Positions 40,628 through 49,900 of a stretch of DNA of 64,000 bases are shown piece by piece (positions within the stretch are counted from its first letter, which is position 1; every line of letters begins with the position of its first letter). The notes beneath the pieces are model-generated. The model was given only the letters and a program-made list of their open reading frames with translations. It searched no databases and was not told the DNA's origin. This DNA comes from an uncultured Gammaproteobacteria bacterium (lineage in GTDB: Bacteria > Patescibacteriota > Patescibacteriia > Patescibacteriales > UBA12465): contig CAZAAD010000001.1 in assembly GCA_964483295.1 (NCBI GenBank), positions 27,875-91,874 of the forward strand, in the 5' to 3' direction. The translations under genes and the position numbers were made by a program.

Positions 40628-41806
40628 CTATTTATTAAGTAAAAACTTCCGACCACGTAATTTTTCAGGTAAATATTCCTGGCTAGAATCATCTTCTAGT
40701 GGCGTGTATTTGTAATTTTTAGAATAACCTAAATCTTTCATCAGCTTAGTCGGTGCATTGCGTAAATGCAGCGGCACTGGCAAGCTACCGCTAGCCTCAA
40801 TCTCTGCTTTAATCGCCGTATGAGCCTGATAAACGGCAATGCTTTTCGCTGACTTGGCTAGATAGGCGGCACAATGAGCAAGATTAACAGCGCATTCCGG
40901 TAGACCAGTATTCTTACAGGCGTCATAAGCAGCCGTAGCCAGCATGAGGGCGCTGTTATTAGCTAAACCAATATCCTCAGAAGCAAATCTGATCATACGC
41001 CTAGCAACATAAAGCGGGTCTTCCCCAGCTTCAATCATGCGCGTTAAATAATAAATAGCGGCATCAGCGTGACCGCCACGCATTGACTTATGAAATGCAG
41101 AAATTAAATTATAATGCTCTTCACCATTCTTATCATAAAGCAGATTAGGCTTATTAACGATGTCTTTAATTACTTGCGCTGTTAATCCGCCCTGATGCTG
41201 CGCGGCACTCTCTAAAATACCCAAGGCACGACGCGCATCGCCACCTGCCAGACGGGCAATCAGCTTAGCAATATCATTCTTTAATTTAACACGCAAACGC
41301 TTAGCCGCTGGCAACATGATTTTTTCTAAATCTGCTTCGGTTAACGTTTCTAAGACAACCAGTTTAACGCGTGACAATAAAGCGCTATTAACGGCAAAAC
41401 TAGGATTCTCCGTAGTAGCCCCAATCAGAGTAATGGTACCATTTTCTACCTGAGGCAAAAGGGCATCCTGCTGCGCTTTGTTCCAACGATGAATTTCATC
41501 AATAAAAAGGATAGTTTTTTGGCCAAGACGACGCCCTTCTTTAGCGCTATCAATAATTTTCTTCAAATCCTTAACACCGCTTGAAGTGGCACTTAATTCA
41601 ATAAAATCAGATTTAGTTTCTTTGGCAATAATAAAAGCTAAGGTTGTTTTACCAGAACCAGGCGGTCCCCAAAAAATAATCGAAGGCACCCGGTCTTCCT
41701 TAATCGCCTGAAAAAGCCAAGATTTAGGACCAATGGCTTTTTCTTGACCGACAAAATTATTTAAATTGTCCGGCCGCACATCAGCAGCCAAGGGCATGTT
41801 TTCCAT
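40628..41806 (-). CDS. rarA: Replication-associated recombination protein A
   Basis: GPPGSGKTT, FIDEIHR, ATTENP, SAFHKSMRG, SEDIGLA, VPLHLRNAPT. Confidence 0.96.
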   Translation of the reverse strand: MENMPLAADVRPDNLNNFVGQEKAIGPKSWLFQAIKEDRVPSIIFWGPPGSGKTTLAFIIAKETKSDFIELSATSSGVKDLKKIIDSAKEGRRLGQKTILFIDEIHRWNKAQQDALLPQVENGTITLIGATTENPSFAVNSALLSRVKLVVLETLTEADLEKIMLPAAKRLRVKLKNDIAKLIARLAGGDARRALGILESAAQHQGGLTAQVIKDIVNKPNLLYDKNGEEHYNLISAFHKSMRGGHADAAIYYLTRMIEAGEDPLYVARRMIRFASEDIGLANNSALMLATAAYDACKNTGLPECAVNLAHCAAYLAKSAKSIAVYQAHTAIKAEIEASGSLPVPLHLRNAPTKLMKDLGYSKNYKYTPLEDDSSQEYLPEKLRGRKFLLNK

Positions 41807-41809
41807 AAC

Positions 41810-44446
41810 TTAAAATTGGCGAGGTTTAAGATGAGCTACTTTCTTGCCGATTTCAAAAACTAAAATACTAAAACAACCATACAAAATAGCCACCGTCCAA
41901 TCAAATGGCGCTAAAGGAGCAGTGCTTAAAAGTTTATTTAAAAATGGCAAATAGACTGATAAAACTAATAAGAGAACCCCTAACAAAGTAGCATAAACTA
42001 AAAATTTATTAGCAAAAATACTGGTTTTAAAGACTGATTGGCGCAAAGAACGAACCGCATAAATATAAAACATGGTACTAAGGCCCAGAGTGGCAAACAT
42101 AACTGAGCGCGCTAACTCCAAATTTCCCACTACTTGCCAATAGTAATAAAAAACACTCAAAGCCGCCAAATCCATCACGATAGCATAGAAAGCAATGACT
42201 TTTTGCAAGCCCCCGGTTAAGAAGGCTTGGTCTTTAGGCCGCGGTTTATCCTTCATCACATCGCCATCGGATTCATCAAAAGCTAAGCTAGCCGCTGGCA
42301 AAGGATCTTCGATTAATTTAATCCACAAAATCTGGGCCGGCAAAATCGGCAAAGGCCAACCCATTAAGACTGCGGAGCCGATAATGACCATTTCTTGAAA
42401 ACAATCAGTAAAAAGATAAAGAATAACCTTTTGGATATTGCTAAAAGTTACTCGGCCCTGGCGCACCGCTTCAACAATCGTTAAGAAACTATTATCAAGC
42501 AGCACTAAGTCAGCCACTTCCTTAGCAACATCCGTGCCATTGCCGACAGCAACACCAATATCCGCTTTTTTTAGAGCCGGTGAATCATTAATACCGTCAC
42601 CGGTCATCGCTACCACCTTCCCTATTTCTTGAAAGGCGCCAACGATTCTTAATTTATGATGCGGACTAACGCGAGCATAAAGCCGAATATCTCTGATTCT
42701 GGCCTTCAATTGCTCATCAGTCATCTCATCTAATTCACTACCGCTAACAACATTATCCTGATCAATCGAGAAACCAATTTCTTTAGCAATGGCGACAGCT
42801 GTATTTTCGTGGTCGCCAGTAATAATAACTACCCGTACCCCGGCCTCACGACATGACTGGATGGCGTTTTTAACATCAGGACGAATTTGGTCGCGCAAAG
42901 AAAATAAACCAACGAGCGACAAATTTTTTAACTCTTCCAACTGCAGCTCGCCCTGGTCGCCTTTAGTTCTAATCTTACGCGCTATTGCTAAAACGCGCGC
43001 ACCTGCGCCAGTCAATTCTTCGATTTTTTTTACAATATTATCCTTATCAGCTTTTAATAATTTTTTTTCCGTTTGACCATCAAAATAATGAGAAGACAGA
43101 GCAATAATTTTTTCCGGGGCACCTTTAATATAAATAATCTCTTCACCTGATTCTAAACGATGCAAAGTGGCCATGAATTTAATATCGGAAGAGAAAGGAA
43201 TCAAGCTTAAACGGGGTTCAACACTTTCTAGTTCTTGGCGATACCAGCCAAGACTAGCACCCGCTATCAGCAAAGCCTTGTCGGTCGGATTACCGACAAT
43301 TCTTAAATCCTCAGGTTTATCTCCAGGGTTCTCCACTAAACCATCATTACACAACACACCAATTCTTAATGCCTCTGACTTTTCACTGGCTATAAATTCA
43401 TGACTCCCAGCTATTAAACGATCAATCATCATCTCGCCCTGCGTTAAAGTCCCGGTTTTATCAACACAAATAACGGACACAGAACCTAGTGTCTCCGCGG
43501 CTACTGCTCTTCTTACTAAACCCTTTTTTTTAGCCAGCCGCTGCATACCAATAGCCAAGATAATCGCCATCGCCGGAATAAGCCCTTCAGGCACAGCTGA
43601 AACAACAATCACCACCGCTACCATAAACATTTCAAAAGGATCGCGACCGCTCAGAATCCCAATTAAAAACAAAATGACATTCGCTACAATTAAAAACAGA
43701 CCGAGACGCAAACCAAAATTATTTATCTGTTTCTGTAAAGGGGTTAGACCCTCACTAGTTTCTTTGATTAATTTTGCCACCTTGCCAATCTCCGTATCTT
43801 GACCAGTGGCTACCACCACCGCCCGACCAGAGCCATCAACGACGATGGTTCCCTGATAAACCATGTTCTTGCGATCTGCTAAGGCAAGTTCGTCAGAATA
43901 AATCGCTAAATCTTTAGCCACAGGTAAAGATTCTCCAGTCAAAGAAGCCTCATTGACCTTTAAATTTTTAAGTTCAAAAATTCTCGCATCGGCCGGAATA
44001 ACGTCTCCGGAAGAAAATTCAACGACATCCCCGGTGACCAAATTTTCCCTATCCGCAACAACCAACTGGCCATCACGCCAAACCTTTACCTTATACACTA
44101 CGGCGCCGCTTAGTTTTTTTAAAGCGTTATTGGCTTTCCACTCCTGAAAAAAACCTACTATATTAGTTACCATGATAACCACAAAAATTATCAAGGCATC
44201 ACTTTTATGGCCAGCAAAGAAACTAATTGCTAAAGCAGCTAGTAAAACAAACACTAAAGGATTTTTAAACTGCCCTAGAAATAAGAGCAACCCGGTTAAA
44301 GCTTTTTCCTCAGGTAATTTATTAAAACCTTGAACAGCTAAGCGTTTTTTAGCCTCCTCGGCAGACAAGCCGCCAGAGGAAGACGATAATAACGAAAAAA
44401 TAGCTGCTGGCGACTGTTGGTAGGCATGATTTTTTTCCATGGTCAT
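41810..44446 (-). CDS. Cation-translocating P-type ATPase (type II-like)
   Basis: TGES, PEGL, DKTGTLT, KGAPE, TGD, GDGIND. Confidence 0.95.
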   Translation of the reverse strand: MTMEKNHAYQQSPAAIFSLLSSSSGGLSAEEAKKRLAVQGFNKLPEEKALTGLLLFLGQFKNPLVFVLLAALAISFFAGHKSDALIIFVVIMVTNIVGFFQEWKANNALKKLSGAVVYKVKVWRDGQLVVADRENLVTGDVVEFSSGDVIPADARIFELKNLKVNEASLTGESLPVAKDLAIYSDELALADRKNMVYQGTIVVDGSGRAVVVATGQDTEIGKVAKLIKETSEGLTPLQKQINNFGLRLGLFLIVANVILFLIGILSGRDPFEMFMVAVVIVVSAVPEGLIPAMAIILAIGMQRLAKKKGLVRRAVAAETLGSVSVICVDKTGTLTQGEMMIDRLIAGSHEFIASEKSEALRIGVLCNDGLVENPGDKPEDLRIVGNPTDKALLIAGASLGWYRQELESVEPRLSLIPFSSDIKFMATLHRLESGEEIIYIKGAPEKIIALSSHYFDGQTEKKLLKADKDNIVKKIEELTGAGARVLAIARKIRTKGDQGELQLEELKNLSLVGLFSLRDQIRPDVKNAIQSCREAGVRVVIITGDHENTAVAIAKEIGFSIDQDNVVSGSELDEMTDEQLKARIRDIRLYARVSPHHKLRIVGAFQEIGKVVAMTGDGINDSPALKKADIGVAVGNGTDVAKEVADLVLLDNSFLTIVEAVRQGRVTFSNIQKVILYLFTDCFQEMVIIGSAVLMGWPLPILPAQILWIKLIEDPLPAASLAFDESDGDVMKDKPRPKDQAFLTGGLQKVIAFYAIVMDLAALSVFYYYWQVVGNLELARSVMFATLGLSTMFYIYAVRSLRQSVFKTSIFANKFLVYATLLGVLLLVLSVYLPFLNKLLSTAPLAPFDWTVAILYGCFSILVFEIGKKVAHLKPRQF

Positions 44447-44487
44447 TTTACTAAGATAATAAGCAAGATATCCTTGATTTTAACATA

Positions 44488-44517
44488 AAAACCCCTGATT
44501 TACTAATCAAGGGTTTC
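44488..44517 (-). terminator. Terminator after the 164-aa gene
   Basis: aaaacccctgatt...aatcaagggtttc stem. Confidence 0.65.
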
Positions 44518-44553
44518 CATGTTATGCTCAGTCTTCAATTGTTTTAGATATTT

Positions 44554-45048
44554 CTACTGGTTAATTAGCCGTCCGCCACCCATGCCCATTCCTAGGCCCA
44601 TGCCATGGCCGCGACCCTGTCCTTTTCCCATACCGCCCATACCAGGAGCGCCTTCAAGGCCTAATTCTGTAAAAATAGCTCGAGCTTGATCTAAGTGCTG
44701 ATGAGCCTCAACAAATCTGGAAAAATTTGCGGCCGTAATTTTATCAGCAAAGGGATGATCGGCGCCAACAGCGGTTTTCCAAGCTTCATAATCGCCGCTC
44801 GCAATAGCCGCTTGAGCCGCCGTTCGCTTTGCTTCCATCTCTGCGTGGCGCGTTTCTCGATTAGCCTCCCAAGCCTCTTTTTCGGCATCGGTTAAATTAG
44901 CCATTTGACCATAACCTTGACCAGAACCAGCGGACACGCCCTTACCCGCCATTCTATTAGACGCCGCGTCCGCAACGACCACTCCTCCAACCATTAACGC
45001 TAGAGTGCCGACCACCGCTGCGGTTTGTACCAACTTCTTGTTTTTCAT
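44554..45048 (-). CDS. Secreted helical protein with a Gly/Met-rich tail (likely ECF target)
   Basis: Signal peptide, LTDAEK helix, GMGGMGKGQGRGHGMGLGMGMG tail. Confidence 0.75.
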   Translation of the reverse strand: MKNKKLVQTAAVVGTLALMVGGVVVADAASNRMAGKGVSAGSGQGYGQMANLTDAEKEAWEANRETRHAEMEAKRTAAQAAIASGDYEAWKTAVGADHPFADKITAANFSRFVEAHQHLDQARAIFTELGLEGAPGMGGMGKGQGRGHGMGLGMGMGGGRLINQ

Positions 45049-45103
45049 ATTTTTGTTTTTAATTAGCTTACCGAATTAAGATCTTAATTTCCCTGTCACT
45101 AGC

Positions 45104-45132
45104 TAATACGCTAACTAAAAATATTTTCTTCA
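45104..45132 (-). promoter_or_regulatory. ECF-type promoter TGAAGAAA-N13-GCGTATTA (copy 1)
   Basis: Same boxes and spacing as 46603-46631; equals TGAAGA-N16-CGTA. Confidence 0.8.
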
Positions 45133-45972
45133 TTCACCAAACGGGTGTCTATTTCCGCAAGGAGTCCCCTGGCTTAAAATACAATTATTACCACAGGTGC
45201 CGCCGCAAGTGCAGCCGCCGCCAAACATCAATAATCTCATGGGCGAACTGGGATACATTTCCTGAAAAAATCCCCGTCCTGGCATTAACGGTAAAATTAG
45301 ATGCGCCGCAAAATCTTTCTTGCTTTTTTTATCACCCAACATGCGCACCGGACGTCCAGATACCACAAAAGTTGTGCCCTCGGTATTAGTGTCAACCGCT
45401 ACTAACCAGACGCGACCATCACGATCAACTAACTCAAAAGTATCATCCTCTAAATCTGAGGCTGTTAAGCCAACTAAGCGTCCCTCCTCCGGATTAGACC
45501 AAAAATCCAGATGAGGATTCAGCATCTTTTCATAAAGCGGTGCCTTACGACCTAGAATCTCATCAATTTTGGCATCCCAACCAAAAGAACAGAATATAGC
45601 ACACAATAAAATACTCAAAGAGAAAGCCACTGCTGCCACTAACCATAAAGGATAGCGGTAACCAGTTTTAGTATGCTTAATATTGTAATAAAAAATAAAA
45701 ATAGCCGCCGCTAAAAATAAAATCCAAAAATAAGGTAAAGTTAATAATAATATTTCAAGAGCGCTTTTATTTATCTCTCGGCTTAAATAAAAATCATTAA
45801 ATTTAAAAAGATAGGTCATGACCGATAAGGCCGCCGAGCTAGCTAGTAAAGCAAGAATGCTTCCACCCCAAACTAAATAATTTTTCCAAACAAAATACCA
45901 GCGCGAGAGCGGCTTTAACTTTTCTTCTTTTATTTTTTCTAAAATCTTCAGATCAAAATTATTTTTTTCCAT
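45130..45972 (-). CDS. Membrane protein, candidate anti-sigma factor, Cys-rich C-terminus
   Basis: Three TM segments; directly downstream of the ECF gene; CTCGGTCGNNC...C tail. Confidence 0.65.
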   Translation of the reverse strand: MEKNNFDLKILEKIKEEKLKPLSRWYFVWKNYLVWGGSILALLASSAALSVMTYLFKFNDFYLSREINKSALEILLLTLPYFWILFLAAAIFIFYYNIKHTKTGYRYPLWLVAAVAFSLSILLCAIFCSFGWDAKIDEILGRKAPLYEKMLNPHLDFWSNPEEGRLVGLTASDLEDDTFELVDRDGRVWLVAVDTNTEGTTFVVSGRPVRMLGDKKSKKDFAAHLILPLMPGRGFFQEMYPSSPMRLLMFGGGCTCGGTCGNNCILSQGTPCGNRHPFGE

Positions 45973-45981
45973 ATATTTAAA

Positions 45982-46566
45982 TCAAAGCAATGATTTATTG
46001 GCCAACTGACGGCGCAACTGCGCTTTCGCCTTGTTAATCCGCGACGCAACTGTTCCCATCGGCTTCTTGAGGATATCAGAAATTTCCTGATAGTCCTTAT
46101 CTTCAATGAATTTTAAAATCAGCGCTTCACGATGTTTAGGGTCGAGCTTGCCAATAGCGTCATTAATTCTTTGCTTTAACTCTGACTGGGCCACATCGGC
46201 AAACACATCAAAATCGCCAGCTAATTCCTTCACTTGGCTATCACCAATATCCAAATCCAGTAATTTGGGGCGAGCCTTAGAACGGCGGTAGTTATCAATT
46301 ACTTCATTATGGGCAATCCGATATATCCAGGAAGAAAATTTCAAACTGCTATCAAAATCATTTAAATTTAAATAAGCCTTAATAAAAATATTCTGCAACA
46401 CGTCTTCCGCCTCTTCTGGACTTAAGTTAGATAAGCGACCGATATAGCGGGACAATTTATCTTGATAACGATGAACTAAATAAGAAAAGTCATTCTGGTT
46501 CTCTAAAACCAAAGGCACAATCTCTTCATCCGTCTTATTAGTGAAATCGAGGCGTTCGATCGTCAT
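45982..46566 (-). CDS. ECF RNA polymerase sigma factor (SigW-like)
   Basis: AEDVLQNIFIKAY, FSSWIYRIAHN, YQEISDIL..PMGTVASRINKAK. Confidence 0.93.
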   Translation of the reverse strand: MTIERLDFTNKTDEEIVPLVLENQNDFSYLVHRYQDKLSRYIGRLSNLSPEEAEDVLQNIFIKAYLNLNDFDSSLKFSSWIYRIAHNEVIDNYRRSKARPKLLDLDIGDSQVKELAGDFDVFADVAQSELKQRINDAIGKLDPKHREALILKFIEDKDYQEISDILKKPMGTVASRINKAKAQLRRQLANKSLL

Positions 46567-46602
46567 AGAAAAATAAGAGGCCGAAAATTGGCCTTTTGTC
46601 TA

Positions 46603-46631
46603 TAATACGCGGCTTATAATTACTTTCTTCA
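46603..46631 (-). promoter_or_regulatory. ECF-type promoter TGAAGAAA-N13-GCGTATTA (copy 2, autoregulatory)
   Basis: Directly upstream of the ECF gene; matches copy 1. Confidence 0.8.
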
Positions 46632-47900
46632 TTGTTCAGTACGCAAAGCTACAATCGGGTCAAGCTTGGCCGCCTGTCTAGCCGGTTGAAGCCCAAATAA
46701 AAGACCACAGCCAACAGAAAACAGGAATGAAATAAGGATGCCTTGTAAAGGCAAGGAAAAATTCCAAGCAATGCCAGCGTAACGCGCTCCGGCACTCAAG
46801 CCATAAGAGACCAGTATCCCAAAAACAGCTCCCAAAAGCCAGCCCCAAAAAGTTATCAAAACCGATTCAATCAAAAACTGAAAAGCAATATCCTTGCCAG
46901 TTGCGCCCATTGATTTACGCAAACCAATTTCTGGGGTTCTTTCCGTTACAGTAACATACATGATATTCATAATTCCTACACCGCCAACTAAAAGCGAGAT
47001 TAAAACAATAGCCAAGAGAAGATAAGTAATAGCATCAGTTACCGTGCCTAAAGTGGAAATCATTTCCTCCATCGTTGAAACACGAAAATCATCTTTATCT
47101 GGATTGCTGATATCGTGGCGCTCGCGAAGTAGCAGCCTAATTTCTTCGGCCGTCTCCTCAGACAAATTTATATCTTCAAGTTGATGGATAAAATACATGG
47201 CATAATCAATTCCTAAAATTTTCTGATGTAGCGTCTTAATCGGAATGTAGGCCATGTCATTAAAATCCATGAAACCGAAAGACCCACCCTGCTCTTCCAA
47301 AACACCAACGACCCTAAATTTTTTAGAGCCAATGCTAACATATTTACCCACGGCCGACTGATCACCAAATAAATCAGTTTTTAATTTATAACCAAGAACG
47401 GCCACCAGATTTTGCGAGCTATCATCTGTTTCGGAAAAAAATTCACCCTCGGCAAGCTTAGTTTTCCGATCTATCTCTTGATAAGCGGCACTGACCCCAA
47501 AAATCGAAACTTTACGCCCTTCACTGCCATAGCTAACTTTCTGCTGACCAAGACTGCCGGCATAACTCTGCCGCACATTTTTCAGCTTATCAATCGCCTC
47601 CATATCCTCAAGTTTCAAGGTAGTAACTTCGCCGACAGAAAAAGAATTCTTAGTGCTTGGCACTTTAATTTCCGTCTGAACAATATCAGTACCATAAGAC
47701 TCAATTTCACCCAAAATATACTGACTCACCCCTTCGCCAGCTGAAAAAACAATTACAATCGAAGCAGCGCCGATAACCACGCCCAGCACGGTTAAACTGG
47801 TCCTAATAATATTAAGACGCAAAGAACGCCACGCTAAAACAAAGGCTGTTTTCAGTCTTTCGCGATAATCAAAAACCATTTCTCTTTTCTTTCCGGACAT
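46629..47900 (-). CDS. MacB/FtsX-type ABC permease
   Basis: RTSLTVLGVVIG, GGVGIMNIM, TERTPEIGLRKSMGA, LDPIVALR. Confidence 0.93.
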   Translation of the reverse strand: MSGKKREMVFDYRERLKTAFVLAWRSLRLNIIRTSLTVLGVVIGAASIVIVFSAGEGVSQYILGEIESYGTDIVQTEIKVPSTKNSFSVGEVTTLKLEDMEAIDKLKNVRQSYAGSLGQQKVSYGSEGRKVSIFGVSAAYQEIDRKTKLAEGEFFSETDDSSQNLVAVLGYKLKTDLFGDQSAVGKYVSIGSKKFRVVGVLEEQGGSFGFMDFNDMAYIPIKTLHQKILGIDYAMYFIHQLEDINLSEETAEEIRLLLRERHDISNPDKDDFRVSTMEEMISTLGTVTDAITYLLLAIVLISLLVGGVGIMNIMYVTVTERTPEIGLRKSMGATGKDIAFQFLIESVLITFWGWLLGAVFGILVSYGLSAGARYAGIAWNFSLPLQGILISFLFSVGCGLLFGLQPARQAAKLDPIVALRTEQ

Positions 47901-47915
47901 ATTTACAAAAACAGC

Positions 47916-49163
47916 TTATTCATAACGCAAAGCATCGATTGGATTAAGCAAGCTGGCGCGCTTGGCGGGATAATAACCGAAAATAACTCCGACTAAAGCG
48001 GAAATACCAACGGCTAAAATGATTGAGGTCCAAGACACAACAAAAGCCCAATCGTAACCCAACGATTTTACAACGACAGATATCAAATAGGAAACCAAAG
48101 CGCCACCAACCAAACCAATTACTCCACCCAGTAGAGTAAGCATTACGGCTTCAATTAAAAACTGGGAACGGACGTTGCGACTAGTAGCACCCAAAGACTT
48201 ACGCAAACCAATTTCCCTGGTTCTTTCGGTTACACTAACTAGCATGATATTCATAATACCAATACCGCCAACCAACAAGGAAATAGCGGCCATCGCCGCT
48301 AAAAAAACACTCATCGCATTAGTTATCCCGGTAATAACTTCTAGGGCATCGCGGAAACTACGCACCGAAAAGTCATCATCAGCCGGATCAGTAAAACCGT
48401 GTCTCTCGCGAAGTAATTGCGCAATTGCTAACATCGTCTCGTCAATATTTTTTTCGTCATCAACTTTAGCCCTAATATAAGAAAGGTAGTCAACGCCGGC
48501 AATTTCTTTCTGAACAAAACGGAGCGGCGCGAAAATAGAATCATCGGGAGTTGAAAAACCAGAAATTCCCCGCTGCTTAAAAACGCCAATCACCTGTAAA
48601 TTACGACTTTTAACTCTTATCTGGCGACCGACAGGATCGCTGTCGCCAAATAATTCCGTGGCGACATTTGAACCTAAAACTGCTAGGTTATCAACGGAAT
48701 CAGCCTCCTCGTCCGTGAAAAAACGCCCCATCTCAATTTCCGCTCTTTCAATTTCTAAATAGTCGCCATTAACCCCCTCTAATTTAGTATCAAAACTAGC
48801 ATCACGATAATAGGCGCTCACGTTAGTTTCATAATAAGAAGCAACGGCTGTGACGCTAGGCACATTGCTACCATTGCCAATAGCTTGAGCATCAGTATCT
48901 TTTAAAGAAGTAACTTTGATGCCAAAAACCATGGCCGGCGGTCCCTTTTCATCAGATTGGCCAGGTAAAATACCAATCAAATCGCTCCCGAAACTATCTA
49001 CCTGACTAAGAATCAAGTGTTGCGCACCAGCGCCTAAAGACATAATTAAAATAACAGCACCGACGCCAATGATAATGCCGAGCATAGTCAAAAAACTCCT
49101 GGTTTTATTGCTCAGGAGGGCGCGCCAGACTATTTTTAAGATTTGCCGGAAATTATCCAACAT
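47916..49163 (-). CDS. MacB/FtsX-type ABC permease (paralog)
   Basis: RSFLTMLGIIIG, GGIGIMNIM, TERTREIGLRKSLGA, LNPIDALRYE. Confidence 0.93.
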   Translation of the reverse strand: MLDNFRQILKIVWRALLSNKTRSFLTMLGIIIGVGAVILIMSLGAGAQHLILSQVDSFGSDLIGILPGQSDEKGPPAMVFGIKVTSLKDTDAQAIGNGSNVPSVTAVASYYETNVSAYYRDASFDTKLEGVNGDYLEIERAEIEMGRFFTDEEADSVDNLAVLGSNVATELFGDSDPVGRQIRVKSRNLQVIGVFKQRGISGFSTPDDSIFAPLRFVQKEIAGVDYLSYIRAKVDDEKNIDETMLAIAQLLRERHGFTDPADDDFSVRSFRDALEVITGITNAMSVFLAAMAAISLLVGGIGIMNIMLVSVTERTREIGLRKSLGATSRNVRSQFLIEAVMLTLLGGVIGLVGGALVSYLISVVVKSLGYDWAFVVSWTSIILAVGISALVGVIFGYYPAKRASLLNPIDALRYE

Positions 49164-49169
49164 AATCGA

Positions 49170-49892
49170 TTATTTTAACAGATTCCCGTCGCCTGCAAAG
49201 CGCCTAGACTTTACTTTCTCGTCGGCAATAATATTTCCATCTTTAAGCCTAATTATTCTCTCCGCGTGTTCGGCGGTAAAAGTTTCGTGGGTGACTAAAA
49301 TAATAGTCTTTCCTTGGGCATGTAAGTCCTGCAGAATACCCATAACCTGATCGCCCGACTTGGAATCCAAATTACCGGTCGGCTCATCAGCAAAAATAAC
49401 TGAAGGGTCGTTTACCAAAGCGCGGGCAATAGCCACCCTTTGCTTCTCGCCACCGGAAATCTGGTTACTAAAATAAGCTAAGCGGTGCCCCAGGCCCACG
49501 CTTTCTAAGACTTTCTTAGCCCGACCATCCATATCATGCTTATTCTCAGAATAAATAAGAGGTAATTTTACATTTTCTAAAACAGAAGTGCGGGACAAAA
49601 GATTAAATGCCTGAAAAACAAAACCGATTTCTTTATTACGGAGATGCGCTAACTCTTCGTCACTAAAGGAAGAAACATCCTTGCCGGCAAAAATATAACG
49701 GCCGCTGCTATGACGATCAAGCATGCCGAGAATATGCATTAAAGTTGATTTACCAGAACCAGACGGACCCATAATCGCCACGAATTCGCCACGATCAAGC
49801 GTAAAGTTCACGCCATTAAGAACGGTGGTTTCTAAATCCCCTAATACATAGTTTTTCTTTAAATCTTGGACTTCAATCAAATGTTGAGACAT
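49170..49892 (-). CDS. ABC transporter ATP-binding protein (LolD/MacB-like)
   Basis: [34 protein letters not shown]. Confidence 0.95.
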   Translation of the reverse strand: MSQHLIEVQDLKKNYVLGDLETTVLNGVNFTLDRGEFVAIMGPSGSGKSTLMHILGMLDRHSSGRYIFAGKDVSSFSDEELAHLRNKEIGFVFQAFNLLSRTSVLENVKLPLIYSENKHDMDGRAKKVLESVGLGHRLAYFSNQISGGEKQRVAIARALVNDPSVIFADEPTGNLDSKSGDQVMGILQDLHAQGKTIILVTHETFTAEHAERIIRLKDGNIIADEKVKSRRFAGDGNLLK

Positions 49893-49900
49893 AGGGAATA

